NCBI GenBank assembly: GCA_046290225.1
Contig: JBKAGE010000036.1
Span: 224,001 to 288,000 of the forward strand
From: Bradymonadia bacterium
GTDB lineage: Bacteria > Myxococcota_A > Bradymonadia > UBA7976 > UBA1532
Length of the DNA: 64,000 bases
Direction of reading: 5' to 3'
Below, piece by piece: positions 52,601 through 59,709 of the stretch (position 1 is the stretch's first letter; each line of letters starts with the position of its first letter). Under the pieces are notes generated by a model, which ran no database searches, was not told the origin of the DNA, and saw only the letters and a list, made by a program, of their open reading frames with translations. The position numbers and the translations under genes are program-made.

Positions 52601-55600
52601 GGCGTACAGTTCGATGTGATCACAGGGGGCGTTGGGCTCCAGGCTGCCTCGAGCGTCGAAGTCGACACCTGCGAAGTTGCCGTTCACCAGAGCGGTGACG
52701 TACGGCCCACCGGCATCGGCCACAGGGCGTACGTTGGCCACGTCGACCGAGACCGAGACCGTGTCCGTGGCGGTCCGCCCCAGAGCATCGACCACCATGA
52801 GCGTGGCCGTCACCGAGTCTTCGGCCACCATGGGCACCAGCACGGTCTCACCACTGCGCTCGAAGACACCGTCGCCGTCCATGTCCCAGAGGTAGTCCTC
52901 GATGAGGAAGCGGTCATCGCCATCCGGGCCGTCTGTGCTGCTGCTCGAAGCCGTGAAGGTCACCTGCTCGTTGCAGCCTGCGCTCGCCTTTGAGGCCTGC
53001 GCCACGGCGATGGGTGCCCCCACCAGCCAGACCTGGGCCGTATCCGTCGACTGTCGCCCGAAGCGATCGACCACATCGAGAGAGACGGTGTACTGCCCCG
53101 GTGCGCCCAGGCCGAGCGCGGCGAGCTCCTGCGCACTCACGGTGACCTCTGCCCCTGTAGCATCCACGACACCGTCGCGGTTCAGATCCCAGCGGTAGGC
53201 AGTGATGGCATCACCACAGCTGATGTCGAGATCGGTGGATCCACGACCGTCGAACGACACGGCGCCGCCGTAGGGCACCGCATATCCGCCCGCCTCGGCC
53301 ACAGGGTCGCGGTTGCCCTCGCTCACCACCACGGTGGTGCTCATCTGAGCGGTGTTGCCTGCGGAGTCTTCGATCTCTACCCGAACCACCTCGGGCTCGC
53401 CGAAGGAGAACTGATCAAAGCGGGTGGTGATCACCCGACCCACGCCGTCATCGTAGACGCCGTCGTCGTCAAGGTCCCATCGCCATGCCACCACGTCGAC
53501 CTCGGGGTGCGCCTGGTCGGCATCCGAAGCGTCGAGGGTGACTTGACCGTTACAGGCCGCAGGACTGGGCGTCGCCTCGATGGAGACCGTGGGGCTCGAA
53601 GGATAGAGGTGCATCTCAGTCGAGGCCTGCTCCGTGAGACCGCCAGTGTCGGTGACCTCCAAGGTGATGACGAAGGTGCCCGGAGCATCCCAGCCCACCA
53701 GCGTCCTCATGGCCTCGTCCACGACCACCTCGGCCTCTGCACCATCACCATCCTCGTCTTCGACGGTCATGTCCCACTCGCCATCTCCATCGAGATCCCA
53801 CCGATAGCGCGCGATGAAGTCGTCCTCGTCGGGGTCGAAGGAAGCAGAGGCGTCGAGTTCGATGTCGTTGCCGACGAAGAAGTGGTAGCCACCCCGACCG
53901 CCGTTGCGCAGCGGTCCACCAACGAACTCTCCACCCACCCGCTCTTCGAGGTGGGGTACAGCCGTGGGCGGGGTCGCCCCCGCCAGGCTCATGCCGAAGG
54001 GTACGCGAGCCACCTGAGTGCGACCCGCCTCGTCAGTGACGCGCAGACGAATGAAGACATCGGGCAGAGCGTCGGGCAGAGGCCAGAAGACGCGCTGGCT
54101 CTGTACGATGGGCTGGTTCTGCGTCTCGAAGATGCCATCATCGTTGAGATCCCAGTCGTAGCGCACGATGGCGACTCCGGGAATCGGCGAGTGGCTGGCC
54201 CGGCCATCGAAGGTGGCCCTCACCTCCCCATCCGACTGGTTCACGGGGGCTCGAGAGGGGCTCTGCACCACCACCGCCACAGGGCGGGTCTGGTAGATGC
54301 TGACACCCGTCTGCGCGGTATGCGTCAACCCAAGGCTGTCGGTGACTCGCAGGCTGATGGGGTTCACGGGCAGCCCCGTGTTGCGATCTGCAGGCCAGTT
54401 CATGGTGGCGAGCAAGGCCCAGGGGACCACGGGGGTCACCCCTCGGGCGTCCACGGGATCATTGAAGCTGCCGTTGCCGTCGACGTCCCAGGCGTACTCC
54501 ACGATGCTGTCGCCGCACCGCCCGTCAGGATCAGATGATCCTGAACCGTCCAGCCGCAGGTCCTCGCCGTCAGTGACGCTGTAGATCGCCTGACTCGGCA
54601 CCGCCAACGGGGCGCGGTTACCGCCGTCGACCTGCACGGTGAAGGACTCGCTCTGGGTCCGGCCGAGATCATCCGTGATGGTGAGCGTACCGGGGTAGCT
54701 GCCGAATTGGGTGTAGGTGTAGCTCACCTCGCTGTCGGCGCCGTCGAACTCGGGGCTGCCCCCAGGGATCAGATCCCAGCTGTAGTTCACAACACGGCGG
54801 TTGGGGTTCGCATGGTACGAAGCGCTGGCGTCAAAGCGCACGGCCACGCGACACGTCGCCGGGTTCGGGTTGATGTTCTGAGAGAGCACAGGCTCTCTCG
54901 GAAACACAGCGATCTTAGTCACAGCCACGGTGCTCAGACCCGTGCTGTCGGTCACCTGCAGCTGCACGACCTGATTGCCTGCCCCCACCCAGGGGTGGTC
55001 AGCGCCGAAGGTGATCGTGGGGCTCAGGCCCACGGCGTCATCGAAGGCGCCGTCGCCGTCGAGATCCCAGCGGGCGGTGAGGCTGTCTCCACAGGCAAGG
55101 TTGGCATCGCTCGCCGAGGCGTTAAGCTGCAACGGCACATCCGTCTCGGCGATGTACGGGCCTCCCGTGATCACGCCTGGGGCCGTAGGCGGCGCAGCGT
55201 TGACCCGAATCTGCACCTGTTCAGTCTCGGAGAGCGGGCTGGTGGCGTCGTCGTCCACCACCCGCAGCGTCGCCGTGTAGGTCCCCGCTCGCCAGTAGGT
55301 GTGCTCCACGAGGGCGTCGCGGTTCGCAGTCTGGTAGTCCGGCTGGGCGCCCGTGTCCCACCAGAAACCATCGCTCTTGTCGAAGTCCCACTGGTAGCTG
55401 ATGATCTCCGCGTCGCGGTTGGGATGGAACGAGCCGCTGTGGTCGAAGAGCACCACGCCATTGCCACCACCGCTGCAGCCCTCGTTCACCTCAGTGGGAC
55501 GGGCCTCCGCCTGGGCCACGGGGATCGGCCGGAAGATCGACGGCGTGAGGGTGAGGATCGCCCAGCCAGAAGCGAGGTTGAGTCCGACCCGGCGCGAGGC

Positions 55601-57418
55601 GGAATGGTGCTCCTGCCAGTCGTCGAAGAAGTGGCCGAAGTTGGTGTAGTCGTTCAGGTGCATGGACTGGGCGCGGATGTAGTAGGTGCTGAACTCCTTC
55701 ACCCAATCGTGCCCCCCCATGTTCAACAGCTCGGGTGTGCCGGTGCGGTAGCCCTTCTGGTGAGAGTACATCGCATAGGTGTGGCCACAGCGCGGGGCGT
55801 TGTAGACCCCTACGGGGGTACCGCACAGGTAGTCGCCGTCCTTCCACAGACCTGCGGTCCAGTGGTGCCCACGCAGCCTCGGCGTGTTCCAGTGCGTCGC
55901 CGTGTAGGAGACGGTGCGGTTGTACATGTCCACCATCTCGCGCTGGGTCCGGTTAACGTAGGGCGCGAAGGGTCGATTGTCATTGGGCTCCATGTTGTGG
56001 ATCCCCGCCCATCGCGCCGCCACGAAGGCCCCACCCGTCAGGTGGAAGTCGTGCTTGGAGCTGTTTCGACTGCTGCTCCGGTACATCGACGAGCCATGGT
56101 TCACGTTCTGATTTTGGAACAGGTTCTCGATCGTGCGGTACTTGTGGCGGTTGTTGACGATGACCCCATAGGGCTTGCCAGCGACGTCAGCGCTCTCCAG
56201 GCCGATGTACGCCCACTGTGCCGTCGACGCATCCATGTAGTTGCAGGCCCCGCCGTTTCCGTTGGCGTTGTTGCCATAGAGCCAGCCGCCCATGGCGCAG
56301 CCCACGTCGCCCTGCATGGTGCCCAGCCAGTCCACCATCTCCTGAACATAGACTTTCCAGAGCTTGCCCTTGATGGTGATGCCTGCGTTGTAGTGGCCCT
56401 CCTGGACAGGCGTCTCGGCGAGGACTGGCAGCAGGGTGGCCAGCGCCCCGAGCCCCAGGCCCATGTCATAGGTGCCCCAAGTGTAGGTGGCCATCGCCCC
56501 AACACCGTTGTCGGTGCCGGGGATCGGATCACAGAACCGCTCAGTGCCGTCGTCGTTCCAGCCGCAGGTGTTGGCTTCGTCAGCTGCTGGAATGTCTGAG
56601 CGGGTGTACACACCATTGTTCACACCGGTGACGAAGTTCACCCAGCGCACCATGGTCTCCGCGTAGGGATCGCTGAGCCACCGCTCATCATTGGCGGCGT
56701 ACCATTCGGGGGTGATGGTGTGGCCATGCTCCTCGAACGATCCAGGCGGGTAGGCCGGCATACGACCGTTGACGCTCATGGACCAGATCGCCGCAAATGC
56801 CGCGGCAGCCTGATAGCGCCAGCCACCATAACTGCGGTTGTTCCGGCCCCAGATGATCGAGCCGGTGCCCCCGAAGACGGTGTTGTCCCGGTGCAGCCAC
56901 CACAGACCCTCGTGGATCGCGATGGTGGTCATCACCTCACGCTGATCCTGAGTCCACTTGGTGGGATCAGACGAGGGTGTCCAGTCGTACACGTAGATGC
57001 GATAGGTGCCATAGGCCTCGTCGCTGGCGTTGCACCTGCTCCGTGCCCTCACATTGAGGGTCAACGTGGTCCCCCGATTCACCGTCGGCACCTCGAAGGT
57101 CTGGCCGATGTCGTACACTGTCGCCGTGCCCGAGGTGGGGTACACCCTGCGAGAAGTCTCGTCGTCGAAGCTGGTGTCGCGGTTCGTGTCCCAGGCGATG
57201 TCATAGCCAGAGGCACAGGTGGCTCCACGCAGAATCGCCTTGAGCGAGATGCGGGCGTACTCGTGCACTGGATAGGGTAAGTCGAGGTTGTTCGGTGCAA
57301 AGGGTACCGGAACGACTTCGAGTTCTGCCTGGTTGAAGGCAGAGGCCGAAGGGGCCCAGAGGCCCAGACAGAACAGAAGAATCGAGAGCTGTCGAAGGAA
57401 CGTTCTCGGGTGGGTCAC
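49652..57418 (-). CDS. Giant secreted multidomain protein (2588 aa), paralogue of 10826-20176, with a helical Cys-rich C-terminal domain
   Basis: AGGAGGT RBS and GTG start; signal ...PSASA; VVPVP..P.NL..P, AIHEGLWWLH, DASTAQW..IGLES, LTPSIF shared with the paralogue; PKD repeats. Confidence 0.9.
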   Translation of the reverse strand: MTHPRTFLRQLSILLFCLGLWAPSASAFNQAELEVVPVPFAPNNLDLPYPVHEYARISLKAILRGATCASGYDIAWDTNRDTSFDDETSRRVYPTSGTATVYDIGQTFEVPTVNRGTTLTLNVRARSRCNASDEAYGTYRIYVYDWTPSSDPTKWTQDQREVMTTIAIHEGLWWLHRDNTVFGGTGSIIWGRNNRSYGGWRYQAAAAFAAIWSMSVNGRMPAYPPGSFEEHGHTITPEWYAANDERWLSDPYAETMVRWVNFVTGVNNGVYTRSDIPAADEANTCGWNDDGTERFCDPIPGTDNGVGAMATYTWGTYDMGLGLGALATLLPVLAETPVQEGHYNAGITIKGKLWKVYVQEMVDWLGTMQGDVGCAMGGWLYGNNANGNGGACNYMDASTAQWAYIGLESADVAGKPYGVIVNNRHKYRTIENLFQNQNVNHGSSMYRSSSRNSSKHDFHLTGGAFVAARWAGIHNMEPNDNRPFAPYVNRTQREMVDMYNRTVSYTATHWNTPRLRGHHWTAGLWKDGDYLCGTPVGVYNAPRCGHTYAMYSHQKGYRTGTPELLNMGGHDWVKEFSTYYIRAQSMHLNDYTNFGHFFDDWQEHHSASRRVGLNLASGWAILTLTPSIFRPIPVAQAEARPTEVNEGCSGGGNGVVLFDHSGSFHPNRDAEIISYQWDFDKSDGFWWDTGAQPDYQTANRDALVEHTYWRAGTYTATLRVVDDDATSPLSETEQVQIRVNAAPPTAPGVITGGPYIAETDVPLQLNASASDANLACGDSLTARWDLDGDGAFDDAVGLSPTITFGADHPWVGAGNQVVQLQVTDSTGLSTVAVTKIAVFPREPVLSQNINPNPATCRVAVRFDASASYHANPNRRVVNYSWDLIPGGSPEFDGADSEVSYTYTQFGSYPGTLTITDDLGRTQSESFTVQVDGGNRAPLAVPSQAIYSVTDGEDLRLDGSGSSDPDGRCGDSIVEYAWDVDGNGSFNDPVDARGVTPVVPWALLATMNWPADRNTGLPVNPISLRVTDSLGLTHTAQTGVSIYQTRPVAVVVQSPSRAPVNQSDGEVRATFDGRASHSPIPGVAIVRYDWDLNDDGIFETQNQPIVQSQRVFWPLPDALPDVFIRLRVTDEAGRTQVARVPFGMSLAGATPPTAVPHLEERVGGEFVGGPLRNGGRGGYHFFVGNDIELDASASFDPDEDDFIARYRWDLDGDGEWDMTVEDEDGDGAEAEVVVDEAMRTLVGWDAPGTFVITLEVTDTGGLTEQASTEMHLYPSSPTVSIEATPSPAACNGQVTLDASDADQAHPEVDVVAWRWDLDDDGVYDDGVGRVITTRFDQFSFGEPEVVRVEIEDSAGNTAQMSTTVVVSEGNRDPVAEAGGYAVPYGGAVSFDGRGSTDLDISCGDAITAYRWDLNRDGVVDATGAEVTVSAQELAALGLGAPGQYTVSLDVVDRFGRQSTDTAQVWLVGAPIAVAQASKASAGCNEQVTFTASSSSTDGPDGDDRFLIEDYLWDMDGDGVFERSGETVLVPMVAEDSVTATLMVVDALGRTATDTVSVSVDVANVRPVADAGGPYVTALVNGNFAGVDFDARGSLEPNAPCDHIELYAWDTDNDGLYGADDVDGAGGLNGTDHVGAKVRGYVNPEWRTGTTQVVRLKVLDAHGAWSEPAEAEIRVRAKMPPVGELVWPRGGDCVPAGADPFQVSARQPDGGEVTFTVRADGVVIGSTTADLPANGEDVVVEIPVNANLAAEGMSTVTVTMLDDEGAEATISAGGQVPFDRTGPSIALNAALMEGACYAEGEVPAFELEVEDALDPAPAVQQVVSVDACVRTVDITATDACGNTSTLERSWLIAEQPGVELVGPDNNEVVSSGQYSWNIDAPAACVAGESASVSVDGGSAFPYIEGTDLAGQGEFRFELTINDCAGSPYTHQRRFRINAPPEAMPGGPYTGDEGEIIFLDAGRSTSPEASDFVAQYEWDMNRDGTYELAGAVVPFVYPDSGQISGRLRVTDSFGATDTAVVVVTVAEVHPIVDAGGPYIGRQGQAIEFDASGSRPGSAADLLTRYEWDFGDGSPVASGIGLTEPQHIYVQDGTYTARLTVHDEDSSTSVQIPVIVADAAPNLSDITGPEDAYEVHPWTFSVVATPGDVSDPIQRLTWDFGDGTPVKSGFALTEVQHAWRTAGTYTVTVTAIDEDSESSKSLEVEVRQATLGEIITIVEGRAAAVDDGPVVAAVLEGLEPWIAMARWGDEHGRMGNTMMALRRMVELLINAQSVGADIDDTLWLLMRQIRREIETERTRIVGGDAPLASMDHPSVVQAEAYLAAADAMIGDPDYEAQLKDPLQSFMANDVFMSLNEVYFYLNDAADPCKAPEYNNFEIPFVRDLVERAEASQSINDDLNAALDALASDLRDYIALGLDAPGRAEVVSALQILSDLQLQIAEGVGLECDDGSCISDRDALELVLGLMDLSTGLTSAANQGVHVRNWQACIVEGVKFRTALSEMRLEYICGPFSPVTLRARVTRANGLRLVDEESDVVAALDYFQARSTRCLAIWTYNSCLVPAFPNTNVSYPNPEYCSDDGAAGDGGQQGPSD

Positions 57419-57540
57419 CGCTTCACCTCCTCATACCGTACGAAGCCCAAAATCGGTCATTGGGTGGGCCATATGAGGGGTGGGTCTAAATCTTCTATAT
57501 CCCAACCAATTCAGGTCAGCCCGCTCGTTGGGCTGCTGGC

Positions 57541-59154
57541 TTAGTCTGCGGGGATCCCCTGCCCGCCGCCCAAGTCACCATCATCACTGCAATATTCTGG
57601 ATTTGGGTAGATTGGGTGGGTCTCGGGGAAGGCCGGTACGAGGCAGCTGTTGTACGCCCAGATCGCCAGGCAACGAATTGGGCGAGATTGGAAACAATCC
57701 AACGTGGCGGCGACTTCGCCTTCATCCGCCAGCTCCAAACCGTTGGACCGGGCCACGAACACTCGGGAGTATGTGCCACTGAACGGGCAGATGTATTCGA
57801 TCCGCATCTCCGAGAGGGCAGTACGGAACTTGACCCCCTCCACGAGGCAGGCCTGCCAGTTGCGTACGTGCACCCCCTGGTTCGCTGCCGACGTGAGCCC
57901 TGTTGAAAGGTCCATCAGGCCCAACACCAGCTCCAGCGCCTCAGGATCGCTGATGCAGCTGCCATCCTCACACTCCAGGCCCACCGACACACCCAGCTGT
58001 CCCTGAAGCACCCTCAACTGCTGTAGAGCCGCCATGACCTCTGCACGGCCGGGGGCGTCGAGGCTCAACTCCACATATGCCTGTAGATCGAGGGCCAGAG
58101 ACTCGAAGGCCGAGATGAGATCGTCGTTGATCCGCTGTGCGTGTCCGTCACGAGCCTCCAGGGAGGCGCCGAACGGGAACTCGAAGCCGTTGTACTCCGG
58201 GGCCTTGCACGGGTCCGTGGCGTCGTTCAGGTAGAAGTAGGCCTCGTCGAGCACAGCCATCACGTCATTGGCCGTGTACGACGCCAGAGGTGTCTCGAGC
58301 CGCGATGCATATTCGGGATCTTCCATGAGGGTGTCGGCGGCATCGATGTAGTACTCGGCGAGCATGATGCTGGGATGATCCGCCGGAGCGAGCGGCGGCT
58401 CTCCGGCCAGAACCCGGTGTCGCTCTCGCTCGATCTCTCGCCGGACCTGACGCAGGAGTATCCACAGCGTGTCGCCGAGCTCGGCACCGAGGGCGTGGGC
58501 GAAGACCATCATCTCGGTGATCTGCCGTAGGGCCGTCATCACATTGCCCAGGCGTCCGTGCGTATCGCCCCACCGCGCCATCTCGATCCAATGGGTCTCG
58601 CCTTCGAGACTCGCCGCCACCACCGGGCCGTCGTCCACGGCACCGAGCCGCGCCTCCACGATGGTGATGATCTCTCCGAGAGTGGCCTCTCTCACCACCA
58701 CGTCGAGCGTGGAAGAGCTCTCGGACACGCCATCGCTCACGGTCACTGTCACTGTATAGGTGCCTGCAGTGCGCCATCCGTGCTGTACCTCGGTCAACGC
58801 CTCGCCGCTCTCCCTCGGGCTGCCATCGCCGAAGTCCCACGTCAGCCGCTCGATGGGCGTACCCGACAGCCCTGGGTGTGCATCGACACTCAAGCTGCCG
58901 AGGGCCACCTCGTAGGCGTCCTCTGGTCCGCTGATCGATCGAATGATCGGCGCTGTGTTGACGATGGTGACGGGGATCTGCGCCCGGCTCGAAGAATCCT
59001 CGTCGTGCACCGTGAGATCCACGATGAAGGTGCCTTCACGATCGTAGGTGTGACTGGGGGTGGTGAGCCCGAGGCCCGACTCGGGGGGGCTGCCATCACC
59101 GAAATCCCACTCGAACCGCGTGAGCAGATCGGCCCATGCTCTCGTGTAGGACAC
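57541..59154 (-). CDS. Orphan, N-terminally truncated copy of the last about 530 aa of the 2588-aa protein (about 1.5 PKD domains plus tip domain)
   Basis: Collinear with 49652-51253 from ADLLTR(F/Y)EWDFGDGS to the stop; intact frame; AGGAGG 7 nt before GTG 59154; no signal peptide. Confidence 0.8.
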   Translation of the reverse strand: MSYTRAWADLLTRFEWDFGDGSPPESGLGLTTPSHTYDREGTFIVDLTVHDEDSSSRAQIPVTIVNTAPIIRSISGPEDAYEVALGSLSVDAHPGLSGTPIERLTWDFGDGSPRESGEALTEVQHGWRTAGTYTVTVTVSDGVSESSSTLDVVVREATLGEIITIVEARLGAVDDGPVVAASLEGETHWIEMARWGDTHGRLGNVMTALRQITEMMVFAHALGAELGDTLWILLRQVRREIERERHRVLAGEPPLAPADHPSIMLAEYYIDAADTLMEDPEYASRLETPLASYTANDVMAVLDEAYFYLNDATDPCKAPEYNGFEFPFGASLEARDGHAQRINDDLISAFESLALDLQAYVELSLDAPGRAEVMAALQQLRVLQGQLGVSVGLECEDGSCISDPEALELVLGLMDLSTGLTSAANQGVHVRNWQACLVEGVKFRTALSEMRIEYICPFSGTYSRVFVARSNGLELADEGEVAATLDCFQSRPIRCLAIWAYNSCLVPAFPETHPIYPNPEYCSDDGDLGGGQGIPAD

Positions 59155-59273
59155 CGCGCTGCCTCCTGATACAGTACGGTCCCTGAAACGGTCGCCCCGA
59201 GATCCACCTGAGTCGTGGGTCCAGTGCCTTTCGCATACTGCTCTAGGCCCTCCTTCTGTCGAGTCGTTCAACC

Positions 59274-59693
59274 ATGAGCACCTCCTCCACTCTCTCCTCT
59301 CCCCGAATTCTGGGGCCTGGCTTCAATCAGATGGTGTATGCCCTCGTACGCACCGTGCCACCTGGCCGAGTCACCACATATGGCGACGTGGCCACGGCTT
59401 TGGGCTCAGTTCGGGTGGCTCGCCAGGTGGGCTATGCCATGGCGGCCTCTCTCGCCAGCGACGAAGTGCCCTGGCAAAGGGTCATCAACCGCGAGGGTCG
59501 CATCAGCGGCCGCGGTGACACCCTGCGCGCCCTTGAGCAGGAGGCTCTGCTCGAGGCAGAAGGGATACATCTGGACGACAAGGGTCGAGTTGATCTGAAG
59601 ACGCTGCGATGGGCCTTCACCGCTGAGGCGATCGACCATGCATGGCAAGTGAGGCGGGGGGCCGAGTCAGACTCGGAAGAAGAGGAAGGCTGA
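59274..59693 (+). CDS. Alkyltransferase-like protein (Atl/YbaZ, MGMT family, Trp in place of the active Cys)
   Basis: VP.GRVTTYG.VA; ARQVG.AM; PWQRVIN; LL.AEG. Confidence 0.88.
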   Translation: MSTSSTLSSPRILGPGFNQMVYALVRTVPPGRVTTYGDVATALGSVRVARQVGYAMAASLASDEVPWQRVINREGRISGRGDTLRALEQEALLEAEGIHLDDKGRVDLKTLRWAFTAEAIDHAWQVRRGAESDSEEEEG

Positions 59694-59709
59694 GGGCGCC
59701 GAGGAGCGC

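Noticed and set aside
57419..57540. Immunity gene between the orphan tip and the giant gene, as in toxin-immunity cassettes
   Set aside because: Only about 120 bp with no credible ORF, and none follows the full gene either; this argues for adhesin rather than classical toxin tips.
49652..59154. Duplicated C-terminal region as a DGR template/variable repeat pair
   Set aside because: Differences affect all four bases, mostly at third codon positions, over 1.6 kb, and there is no reverse transcriptase in the window.
59256..59271. CTGTCGAGTCGTTCAA upstream of the Atl gene as a third LexA box
   Set aside because: About four mismatches to the consensus, including the terminal CAG; tempting only because Atl is a repair gene.
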